Below are positions 27,823 to 39,800 of a stretch of 64,000 bases of DNA, one piece after another. Below the pieces are notes generated by a model, which was not told the DNA's origin, did no database searches, and saw only the letters and a program-made list of their open reading frames with translations. Every line of letters starts with the position of its first letter. Position 1 is the first letter of the stretch. The stretch lies in assembly GCA_047967505.1 (NCBI GenBank), contig CM106538.1. The stretch is one strand, 5' to 3'. This DNA comes from Dipteris shenzhenensis. Lineage: Eukaryota. The position numbers were made by a program, and so were the translations under genes.

Positions 27823-28001
27823 CTGGTTACAGAAAAAAGTCATATCACCTGACACCATTTACAATGACTGAAAACTCTATTTTGAAAAACAATAACTTTC
27901 GAGTTGTTAGCTTATTCAAAAAGGGTACTGCGTCTAAGCTAAACATGTAATGTGATGCAGAGGAAAACCTCATATAAACTAGCATTGAGAAATTGGGCTA
28001 C

Positions 28002-28179
28002 CTTATTTTGGCATGAAAGATAACTTTCCCCCCATCCGCCAGATGGAAGCTGCTTTGACAATAGAAAGTCACAGGCCTTTTGAATTGCTTTCGAGTTCTC
28101 GTATGATTGGCCAGCAGCAATCAATCCAAGAACTCCGAACCATGTAGCATATGTAAAGCAGACTGCCCATGAGCCATAC
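28002..28179 (-). CDS. CAS1: oxidosqualene cyclase exon
   Basis: cag|(W)[15 protein letters not shown]...[17 protein letters not shown]|gt, 178 nt; first G completes the TG of the previous exon; QW motif. Confidence 0.97.
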
Positions 28180-28238
28180 CTGCATGCAACCATATCCAAA
28201 TATTCACAGATGTGTGGATTTCAATTACCCAGTAGTAT

Positions 28239-31200
28239 ATTCCAACACCCCCCCATGAAGGCAAGGTGAGAGAACGATGAGCCAGAGAAAGATTGAGCTT
28301 GGCTCCCAAGACCGGAGCTGCTGCTCCTCCCCGTGAAGCCCCTCTGCCCCCTCCGTCAGCCCCTCCCTCACCCTCCTCCTCCTCTCCCTCCCCCCCTCGC
28401 TGCCCTCTCCCTCGCTGCCCTCTCCCCTCCCTGCCCCCTCCCCTCGCTGCCCTCTCCCTCCCTCCCCTCACTGCCCCCCCCCCCCCCCCCTGCCTGCTGC
28501 CCCTGCCTTCCCCGGCCCCTCCTCCACCCCCGCCCCCTCCTTTACCCCCGCCTGCTGTCCCTGCCCTCCCCGCCCCTCTCCTCCCCCCCGCCCCCTCCCT
28601 CCCCCTCCCCCGCCCCCTCCTTTCCACTCACCCGCTCCCCTCTTCCCCCCCCCACCTGCTGTCCCTGCCCTCCCCACCCCCCTCCTTTCCCTCCGCCCCC
28701 TCCTTCACCCCACCCTTCCTAACCAGCCCCCTCCCTTCCTCTCCCCCGCCGTCCCTCCCCCTCCCCGCCAGCCCCCTCCCTCCCTTCCTAACCCGCCCCC
28801 TCCTTTCCTTTCCTCTCCCCGCCCCCTCCGCCTCCCCTCGCAGCCTTCCTCCTTCTCCCCCCCCCCGACTCCTTTCCTCCTCTTCCTCTCTCTCCTTCCC
28901 TCTGCTGTTCTCCTTCTTCCTGCGCCCATGTTCCAAGGCGTCCTGGGCAGCAGTTTCATCGACGGAGCTTTTTTAGTGTTTGAATCGACCCTTTCACTTC
29001 GATTGGCGAATGGATCCCCATGCAGCCAATCTTCGTCCACCTCCACTGGCCGCGAGAACCGTCATTTTCTCAAAAGACGAGTTGCAGAAGCTCAAGAAAG
29101 ATGTGGAACTAGAAGGCTCCACATCACTTTTCGCCCGCATCTTTGGGTCACACCCTTCCAGATCACAGGCCACAGACTGGATGCTGGCAGCATTACAAGG
29201 AGATCTCGCCCCACACTTCAGGGATATTCGACTTTTGGGACGTGGATTCTTCCAAGTGGTTTTCGACTCCCACACGTCCACAGCCCTTGTTCTCAAAGCT
29301 AATCCTCTGGCTTTGGGTTCGAGGAGGATTTTTCTTTTGCCCTACACCTTGGACTTCGATCCGGTCAAGGACAGTTAGGTCACATCACTGTTCATTAGAT
29401 TTCTTGGACTTCCTCAAGTCTACCATCGACTTCTTGCTACTATCAGAGCCACATTCGAAGTGGACACTGAGATCCCTCCCCTTCCTGGCATGCCTTCTTC
29501 CTCGGCAGAGGCAGTTAGAGCGGACAGGGTGCCTCAAGTTAGGGTCATTGTCTCTGACCCTAACATCTCAGATGACCACATCATGCTTCAGCGCCCAGAT
29601 GGCTCTCTTTTTCGACAAAGAGTCGAGATTGCAGGTAGACAGGACCAGTGCAGGATTTGCAGGACCCTTGGGCACTTTGCTAGAGATTGCCCAAGGAAGA
29701 GAAAAAGACCCAAGAGGTCTTCTGGTGCGGCTCCTTCACGTACTACCCCGACTGCACCTTCCCAACGCCTTGTACCACGCACTCCGGGACCACCAGGAGC
29801 AGCAGGGCGCCCTGCTTCGCGCACCCCAGGACCACCAGGGGTAGTAGGGCGCCCAAAGCCCGCAGCACATCCAGTACCACGATGGAGAGCGATCAGAGCG
29901 GCTCCCTTACCTCAAGAGGAGACCTTTGGTCCGGTTCAGACAGACGCCATCCAAACTCTAGAGGTAGATATTGCTGCAGCCCCAGACACTACAATTCCAC
30001 ATCAGGAGGGAACTTTAGATGCACCAGTACCAACCCCAGTCACTTTGGTTTCTAATCTTGAGGGGGCTACCAATACTTCTTCCCCACAGATTGTTCCTGC
30101 CACAGTCAGGACGACCAAGGGAATGCATGCACAGATGAGGACTCAAGATTCCTCTTCAGCCCTGCCACAGGCCTCCTCAGCCCCCAGCTCCAATTCTGCT
30201 GATAGAGGCCTGGCAGGTCCTTCTCCTCCTTCCACGAGTACAGGTCTTCTTCGCACTCCTCGGCCAGACCTGCTTCTCAGGAACTCTTTTTCAGCACTGG
30301 CAGACTCGACGACTTTTATGGATGATGAGGAGTTTGTGCCTTCCACCTTAGGGGTCTTGGTCATTGGGATTCCTTTTGATAGGGCCTCCCTCTCTTTTTT
30401 TTTTGCCGAAAAAACAGTGCTAATTATATTACTTCGAGAACAAGATACAAAAGGTCAGCTTGTAGCTGACGGGCTGCGTTCACAAATCGGACACAGCCCT
30501 AAAAGGTAACACAATAAATCACTCTCTCACGTCGGGATAAGGCGAGTGTGAATGAACAGCCATCGGGGTGGTGAGTAGCACCACCGAAGGCCCGATAGGG
30601 CCTCCCTCTCAGCAGTTGTGGGGATCCTTTCACATGTTGAGTTTCCTGCCCGCAATAGTAGTGTTTCGGCCCAGGGGAAGCTGGTCTCCTCTACTAGGTC
30701 GGGTAAGCCTTTCCACCCAACATCCTCCTGTCGATGAGGATAGTCACCTGGAACATACAGGGCCTAGGCGGAGTTCCACACCGTCGTCGTAGGCAGCTGA
30801 TCCAGAATCAGCTTCATCCAGGTGTCACTAGAGGTGCTATTGATATCCTTCTTATCCAAGAACACAAGTTGGATGCCAGTGATTGCTCTAAATCTGGCAA
30901 ACTTCTTTCAGGTCATACCTTCCGGTTGTCTGCTATAGGCACAAGGGGAGGTACTTGCATTTCGGTCTCTCCTTCTATTTTACCCTTGGTTGCTGGTCAT
31001 GGTATTATCTCCCCGTCTAGAGCTCAATGGATCATTATTTTGATTGGAGGGCGTAAGATTGGTCTTCTCAATCTGTATGCCCCCAACAACAGAGGGGAGC
31101 GAGTCTCCTTTTGGAAGGAGTTACTATCTTGAGCCCCCATTGCAGATTCCTGGATCATTCGTGGCGATTTCAACATGGTTGAGTTGCCATCAAACAAAAA

Positions 31201-34200
31201 GGGAGGCAAACAAGGTGATATTCATTCTATGGAAAGGGCAGCCTGGGATGTCTTTCTCTTTCGGTATAGTGGCAGGCACACTTGGCTTGATGATGCCTTT
31301 CATGTTACGCCACAGTCCCATACTCTTTGTCGAACAGGAGAGTACACATGCCCATACATGCATGTATTGACAGATTTTATGTAGATGATTGGGCACTTGA
31401 CAAAGGCGGATCTATATGCTACTGGGGTTACCACTTCATATCATTCTCCAGTGGTGTTGCAGATTCTTAAGCCTCATCGGAGAGGACGCTCTGCCAGTGT
31501 CAGGATTCCGGATGGCTTTTATGCAGAGAAGAGCCTCACGGAGGATATTTTACAGATTTGGGTTTTTCTCACATACAGGGTGGAGTTGTCCGCCCATCTC
31601 AGATAGCTGCAGCCTTATCCGAAATAAGTGACTATTATCATACAGTCGCTGATTCCGCCCATCTCAGGTAGCTGTAGCCTTATCCATAATTAGTGACTAT
31701 TATCATAAAGTCGCTGATTCCAGGAGACGTGAGATTCTCAGACGTAAGATTGGTATACGCCAGCAATTAGCGTCCCTTCAGAGGAAAGAGCAGAAGAGGC
31801 CCACAGATGCTTGGATTCAGGAGCGCCTTGCTACAGCAAGGGCTCATATACAGATATTGTTGGATCAGAGAGCAGAGTATGCCTTTCATGCACGGGAATC
31901 CTTTTAGATTCAGATGGGTGGCAGGGTCAGCAAACACTTTTTCTCTACTGATGGACCCAGACATAGTAGACATAGTGTCTCGCAGCTTGTTGACTCAGAC
32001 GGGGTCTTACAGTCAAATCATGATGCCGTCATGCGTGTAGCTTCACATTTTTTTGCATCCCTTTTTACTACAGATCCGGGCACACAGGCCATAGATGATG
32101 CCAAAGAGGTTATTTGGCAGTGTATCCCTGTATTGGTGAAGATTGAGATGTATGTTTCTCTTGATGCACCTTTCACCAATGCAGAATTCAAGACTGCATT
32201 ACTTGCCCTTCACAAAAGCAAGTGCCCAGGTTCGGATGGACTTACCCCTTCTTTTTTTATTACTTTTTTGAAGCAGATTGGTGATCACATTACATCAGCC
32301 CTGCACGGCGTGTGGGACTCTGGTGAGATGCCTCACTCACTTACAGATGGTCTCATTCATCTCATCCCAAAAGCGGTTAATAGGAATTTAGTGTCACAAT
32401 GGAGACCCATCACTCTATTGGGCACTTTTTATAAGATTTTGGCGAAAGCCATCAGTATGCGGCTACAGGTTTTTCTTCCAGATTTGATTCATGACACACA
32501 GACAGGGTTTGTGCATGGCAGAAGTATTTTCGATAATATTTTCTCATTTTGGGAGGCCTCAGAATGGGCCATGCAGAGCCGCCAGAGAATGGCCATTCTA
32601 CTCTCGGACTTTGAGAAAGTTTACAACAGAGTAGACTGGGATTTTTTAGAGGGTACTCTTTCTCGCTTTGGTTTTTCAGATGCATGGATTAGAGGAGTAT
32701 CCTCTCTCTACAAATCAGCCCATAGCCAGGTGCTTATTGGGGGGGTAAGAGAGGACAGATTTCAGATCGGTAGATCAGTCTGCCAGGGATGTCCTCTTGC
32801 CCTTTTGTTTTTCTGTTTGTGGCGGAAGCTATGAGTATCTACCTTAGATCTCAAGCTGATATTTATGGGCTGAGGCTTCCTCTTCGCCGGAAAGAAGAGC
32901 TCCTGGATAGTGAGTTGGCACATGACACAGCTGTTTTTTTGGATGCCTCCCCCGAGACACTCACTTCGTTCCAGACAACCTTGGATTTATTTTACACGAC
33001 TGCAGGTGCACACATTAATTGGCATAAATCCAATGGTTTTTTAATTTGCCATGATGACACCTTGGATTGGGGTAATGATATTGGTTTCACTACTTGGGCA
33101 CAGAGGGGTGTCTCCGTCAAATATTTGGGCTGCCAAGTTGAGGTGGGCATCTCTCCTTCACAACAGTTTGCCCCGGTGTTGGAGAGCATCAAAAGAAAGC
33201 TCCTTTTCTGGAGCTCAGCCAAACTTGACTTGGTATCTAGAGTGGTGGTGGTTAACCAGGTTCTTCTAGCCACAGCATGGTTTGTATGTTCTTGTTGGTG
33301 CCACTCTAGGGATTGTATCACTCAGCTCAAGAGGCCCGTACGAAATTTTTTATGGAGTGGTCTAGATGGCACAACTGATATTACAACCAAGGTGGCTTGG
33401 GAGACCTTGATTCTTCTTACAAGAGAAGGGGGTTTGAATATCATTGACCCGGATCTATAGCGCAGAGCTTTACTCTACAAGGTCGTCGTGAGAGGACTTA
33501 TGCCAAGACAAGAGCCTTGGAAGGACTTTTTTATCAAATGCATACAGTCTCGCACACCCACTTCAGGAGATGATTGGATACACAGTACCAGATGGGTTTT
33601 CACCACAACCCACCTCAGATCTCCGTCTTCCCCTCTTATGGTTGATATACTGAAAGCATGGGCCAGCTTCAAGAGTACTCTTCACAGAATTCCCTCGTCC
33701 ACCCGTGAAGAGATTGAAAGACAGCCTATCATGTGGAACGACATTATTTTTGATGAGCATGGCAGACCACTTGGAGCTTCTCTCTACATGCAGTGGCCTA
33801 GATGGGAGAGGGGCCCTGCATCTACTGTGGGAGCATGGAAAGCCTTCAGGAGGCTTCCTGCAGACCGATAGGCCCAGGTGGTTCATAATCTCAGAGGGAG
33901 TGCAGGGAGAATTCAACAGATTGATGCAGCCTTGCCCTTGGATTGGGTGGACACAGATGACATGCCTATTACTTATTCGACCTGGATGGGGGCATTTTCC
34001 AGATCGGGCATTCCTTTGCAGGTGATTGCTTTACGTAACACATGAGGATGCCCTAGTCTTTCATGTTTCTTCGGGGGGCAGGCTGTCTAAGCCAACAGAT
34101 GATATATTGTTAGAGGTACCGTTTCAGCCAGTCAAGGTAGTGGGCTTCATGGAGCATGGCTCTCTTTCACAGTGATACTTGGATCCTGACCCGCTACTCA

Positions 34201-35226
34201 TTGCCCTGGGCTCATGGAGGCTGTGGCTCTATGGAGGTGTCCCAATTAAGTTTTTGCAGTGGGACCCTGGGGAATGGGAGTGGATAGATGAAGGGCACCG
34301 AGAGAAAGGCATCCCCTTCTTTCGTTACACGGTCAGTAATGCCAAGAAATTCCAGCTCAGCTATAGGGGTTGGAGACCCACCAGAGCTCCTCATTGGGAG
34401 AATTATCTGATTTCTACAGACTTGCAGAAATTTTTTTGGCAGAGGCTCTTGAAATCCCATCGGAATAGAAAAATCACTCTCTTCTTTTGGCTTTCTATTC
34501 ATGGTGGGATAGCAGTGAATCATTGGAGATCCAGGTTTGGGGTTAACCCTACTTGCCCTCGTTGCCTTTCTGCTTCGGAAACAGTACAACACTGCCTTTG
34601 GGATTGCAGACAAGCAAGAATCATATGGAAGGGGATTGCAAGACTTTTCAGCACTTTTGTTCGCCTCCCCTTCTATATGACCTGGGGATCAGTGGCTTGG
34701 CTCACTCTTTCAGGGCCCTAGGTCTTCTTCGAGAGACATGACTCGTCTTGGGCTCTACACATCCGATGACACCTTGTGGAGTCGTGCTCTTTAGAGGATG
34801 TTCCGGCCACTCTTTTCAGTGCTGCTCATTCCTCGCTTGACTCTCCATGAGAGGTTTTAGCTAGCATTGCAGCATGGCACATTTGGAGAGCCAGATGCAC
34901 TGAGGCTATGGAGGGTTCTCAGGTTCACCCCTTCTCAGATCTTGGCCAGTACTTGGACAGATATGATACACACTCTGATGGCCATATGGGTGACCATGCA
35001 GGGATCCTCTCGAGCAGCCTCCTCCAAGAGAGTTACTTTTCTCAGGGATTGGAGAGACTCTCCCTTCCTTGCTGAGACTTCTACAAGGTTGAGTTGGCAT
35101 TTTCAGCCTCAGCCTTGCTTTCTTTCTACCTCGTTCTTCTGAGGTGTTTTATTACATGCTTACAGAGCTTGCTCTAGCGAGTTTCTTTCTTACTTAATAG
35201 AAGCCTATTTTTTGCACACAAAAAAA
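28239..35226 (+). mobile_element. full-length but mutated L1-type LINE (copy A) in an OSC intron, antisense to the gene
   Basis: C-rich 5' UTR. ORF1 from ATG 29010 with GRGFFQVVF and CRICRTLGHFARDC. ORF2 from 30734 with EN MRIVTWNIQG..NLYAPN, RT QGCPL and zf-RVT. Poly(A) ~35220. TSD aattacccagtagtat (28223-28238) versus aatcacccagaagtat (35227-35242), 14/16 match. Confidence 0.95.
30395..30593 (-). mobile_element. 199-bp poly(A)-tailed retroposed insert (SINE-like, or a truncated LINE 3' end)
   Basis: Perfect 17-bp TSD gatagggcctccctctc (30378-30394 and 30594-30610); T-run at the left end; site is empty in copy B (~62370-62390). Confidence 0.9.
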
Positions 35227-35479
35227 AATCACCCAGAAGTATCCCGCACATTCACATTCAAACATAGAAGACTACAATTGATCATAAAGTATATCTGATG
35301 AAAACAGCAGATTCAGATTGTCCCTGAGAAGGAACGGAAACTCAAGCAGGACAGTTTCTGACGCTCAAACCAAATGAACATCAAGCAATGTTCAAAATAC
35401 CATGTACCATCAACTCACTGGAACAGAAATTCAAGCATGACCAAAACCAAAAATGAATGTCGAGCAATGCTTAATTTAC

Positions 35480-35623
35480 CATGAACCATCAGTTCTTTGG
35501 ATACTTTCAATATAATGACTGGCACGCCGAATGCAATTGGCAATTTCCTCAGCACGGTGCCTTGGGTATAGCTTTTTAAATGCTGCTAGGCCTTGAATCA
35601 CTGCAGAGGTACACTCAACATAC
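35480..35623 (-). CDS. CAS1: oxidosqualene cyclase exon
   Basis: ttttgcag|(Q)[47 protein letters not shown](W)|gtaa, 144 nt, phase 2/2. Confidence 0.97.
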
Positions 35624-35704
35624 CTGCAAAAGAAAGAGCTCCTTCACTTTTTGAACCAATGGTTCGTATAAAAAACACTATACAACAAAATAATATTAAC
35701 TTAC

Positions 35705-35751
35705 TGATAATCAATAACGATATCACCAAACGTCTCAGCTGGATTAATTAA
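35705..35751 (-). CDS. CAS1: oxidosqualene cyclase exon (47 nt); most 5' exon found in the window
   Basis: cag|LINPAETFGDIVIDY(Q)|gtaag; CAS-type motif. Confidence 0.95.
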
Positions 35752-36234
35752 CTGCTCCAGCAAAAAAGTATTAGTATGATCAACTAAGAGATTATACAAT
35801 TTACAGTTATTATTAAACTAACCTGATAAGAGTGCAATGACAAACTGCAATAGCAAAGGAGAAACCATCTGATCAAGAAACTGGACTATTTTAGAAGCTA
35901 CAGATCAAGAACTTCAAAAAGCAAAAGATGCACCAGCGTATATAACTTTGAAACAATTAGAAGATATCTAGGAAAAAGGTTAGTACTTCAGGACAACCCT
36001 CACAAGGAAAAAAATTTAAGTGAAAAAAGTAAGATTTGAAGTGAGACTGCATTTCAATAGCATCCATGAGTTGCTATAGATGCATCATGCACCTCTCTAG
36101 ACTTCCTGCCACAGATTCCAGATCAAGGCAAGCATGTGATTGTCGCCACCAACAATGCACAAATATGAGACTATGCATTCTATTGAAACATGCATGAGAT
36201 GGAAACAAAGGAGCATGTACGGATGAGGTGCCCC

Positions 36235-36896
36235 TAGTACTGTGAGATCTCAGACCGATACTTGCTTTTGGACCAATTCTCTCTAGACATAAGTCCGGTC
36301 ATTGATTATTCCGACCAGCACTATGCTACTATTTGTATTAGATGTCACCAGACTCCAACCTAGACTCATGAGGTCTATGGCTGGAGGTATGGTCCCCATA
36401 TCACCAACTCTTCACATGAGAAGAACCTCTAGTCTCCTCCTGCTGCAAGTGCCATAGAAGAGGATAGAGCTATCCATGGTAGCTTGCTACGCCCCAAGGT
36501 ATAATTCCCATATTCCCTAACTCGGTACAGATACGTGATTACCTGAAATGCAACATCTAGCTGTAAAGGGGGTGACCCAAACTCAGCTTGAATGATCTGG
36601 TGAGGAACGGATGACTTACCAAAAATCATCCGTGATAACAGTAAAGCAATATTTGGATCAGCGTGCCCGCAAGAGAGCAACCTACACCCCCTGTGTCTGC
36701 ATCACTGTCTCAAGCTCGTCAATGTAGAGGCCAAACAAGGTAGGTGACAAAGGACACTCTTGTTTGACCCCAATGGTGCTTATGATCTCATCTGTCCACC
36801 CGAATCCTGCCCGAACTCTGCCTGAAACTCTCTTGTAAAGTGCAATGACAGCCCAAATAATCTCCTGGTCATAACCCAAGTCATGTAGGCCCTGCC
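36235..36896 (-). mobile_element. RTE/RTEX-type LINE fragments
   Basis: IGVKQECPLSPTLFGLYIDE; VPHQIIQAEFG..LDVAFQVITYLYR (same family as 21824-22402). Confidence 0.8.
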
Positions 36897-39800
36897 AAGC
36901 TCGTGGCAGGGTGTAACAGGTAGTCGTGGTGCCCGAGCTCGACTTTGCAAACGTGTCTGACATCGGAATCGGAGCATTCCTGTCGTAGGAAGTCGTAGAC
37001 ATCATCGTTCTCTCAACTTTGTTGGATGATTGACATATCGACAGGCTTCAACTTTATTTTATCGGGATCAACTTTTTCAGCTTCCACTCAATGCTACCAG
37101 TACCATCTGCAAACCTGTACTTCTCAATCAGGCGTAGGTTGGCATTTACATATACCAACCTGTTGAGCTGCTCCACGCTCAACCTGACACAATTTATAAA
37201 TATAAAGAAGTCAATTCTCACATTTGAAGGCTGATGGAACAGCATGAAGGATTCAACAAATGGAACAACAGAGATGTTTATTCAAAAGAGGAGAGGCCCT
37301 TATAAGGGCAACTGATACAATGCATGTGCCCCAAAGGAGAGCATGTCCAGATCCACAAATCACTCCACTGATCTCTCAATCAAACCCATGAATCTCTCAA
37401 TCACACCTAATAGAACCTTCTACCACCAAACCTGGTCACACTAACCACCATGTGGTGACACACAAACTCACACAAACCTTGTACCCCTCGGTACACCCCA
37501 TTACATCAATTTGTCCTTCATACCCCCCCACAAATTGATGACCTCAACCCTAGCAGTAGTCCATCGGAAACTTCATGGCTTGCCCACCTCTAGTGACAAC
37601 ACTCATGATCTCAACCTAGCACTCACTCTAGTTGTATCAATAGTAGACTCATTTGGGCATCCTCACCCCAACATGATCTCACTCTGACTTTGGTCTCTTG
37701 GTTTACAATTGGAAGACTGGACAATGACTATGCATGGGAAATTCCCATGGGTCTAACAAGGTAAAAACTCAAACAAAGGACTAACAATCATTTAAGGGGG
37801 ACATCCCAAGGCAGAGAACCCTTATTGACTACACACACAAAAAAAATTCCAAGTTAAAGATGTGGGGAAATTTCCCCCCTTGATGGCAATCTTTTTCTGG
37901 CGTCGTTTCCTAGCCACCATTGTATCAGACTCATAAACTTGCTTGTCCATTGCATTGTACTTGGTGTCGATGAAGCAAAGCTTTCCTTCTTTGTGTATCT
38001 TCTTGGTATACCAAAGCATAATCTGTTTGTCAATGTGAAGAAAAGTGTCCAATTCTAGGCAAAGTCTTACCACATGGGCAGTGTCTAATGCCTTACAAAG
38101 TTTGACAAATAGACTCAAGCAAGTGGAACTTGAGAACATATTCTTTAAGAGCACAAGCATCATATCATCCGCATAGAAAAGCAAGACAATAATGATGAAT
38201 ATTAGCTTCATGACTGAGTTCTTGTGGTGAAATACAGTAAACATATTCAAAACTTTCAGTCAAGTGTAAAAGCCCCAAATCTTAGTTGACTTGGTCAACC
38301 CTCAAATCCACAAAACTGCCAAAATGTGAACTCAGAAAAGAGCAGAGATTGGAGGCTGAAATTCAAGCTATAGAAGGGGCTTTTGCAATGGAATGAGAGC
38401 TCTTTTACCATAGAGGACCCCCTAGAGAAGAATTGTGCAATGCTGCGTTAGAACATATGTAAGAGTAGCGCCTTCCTCGACTGGTTTTTTTGTCTGTTCT
38501 CCTTGTATATTAGACCATTGTTGCTCAAACTTCAACAGCATGCTCCTTGTAGTGTCGCCCAACAGTAGCTAGAGCCATTTGATGAATGGTGGCACCTACA
38601 GGGAGAATTGTGCATTTCTTCGGTGGCTGAAAAACGTGTCGGCACGGGCAAATGAAGAAACTATTCCCTAATTCCTCCTAGCCATGGATCCCCAACATGA
38701 GAATCTTGGGCTCAGAGGGCGCGGGAAATATCTCAGAGATGGAGGAGAACAAGCCTAAGCAAAATCTGTGGGAAGATGATGACATGGCACTCAAAGAGGG
38801 CTCAAGGAGGGTGGACGTGGCTCTGATACCACATGATGGAACAGCATGAAGGATTCAGCAAATGAAACAAAAGAGATGTTTATTCAAAAGAGGAGAGGCC
38901 CTTATAAGCAAGTGATACAATGCATGTGCCCCAAAGGAGAGCATCTCCAGAATCTCTCAATCACACCTAATAGAACCTTCTACCATCAAACCTGGTCACA
39001 CTAGCCACCATGTGGTGACACACAAACTCACACAAACCTTGTATCCCTTGGTACACCCCATTACATCAATTTGTCCTTCAAAGACTTTTTTTTTAATGTT
39101 ATAAGTAACATTATAATAACTTATACTGTATACATAATAACTTATAACTTATAAGTTATATTATATATTTACTGACTAAGTAGCTAAAACTTAAGAACTT
39201 ACTTGTTTCTCTTCTTGGTGTGTATGTCTGCACATATACTCCATATCCTCTCAGCCGGACCTGATGTGCAATCTTGGGAGAGGATGCGAAGAGCTAGGGT
39301 CTGCAATGAGGGATTCAAAATCCCAAATTTCTCCCACAAAGTAAGAGCCAACAGCCTGTTCTCTCTTTCCTTGGCAATTGCATTGAAGAAATGACACATG
39401 TCATTGAAAAAAGACCATATAAACAATTAGGCATTAATATTAAATATAAAGCAATTGGCACTGAGCGGGCTACATTAAATTACTCTGTGACCTCACCTAT
39501 TCTAGACCGATGAGTCACAAACTTTCTCCAAGTACTGGGTCCATCCGCTCACAAGCACCCGATCATTCCATTTAGTAGGGTCTTTCCATAGGGGATGGAG
39601 CATATGTGCCACAGTGTGGATTGGTCTATGAAACCAATCCTCTCTTCCTCCAAATTCCTAGTATGTCATCTTTTTTGGAATTTTATCAAAAGAAATCGAC
39701 TTTCAAGTTAGAGCAAGACTGCAAGTTACAAGACTTTTATTCATGGAACTTGGAACTTGCAAGTCACAAGAGTCAAGACTTTCATTCACACCTCCTCTGC

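Noticed and set aside
28121-29046. Pro-rich and Gly/Arg-rich ORFs resembling extensins or formins (also 23036-23792)
   Set aside because: Translations of the low-complexity C-rich L1 5' UTR; open in several frames on both strands
31590-31722. ~65-bp tandem duplication in ORF2 of L1 copy A
   Set aside because: Ordinary post-insertion decay; single in copy B
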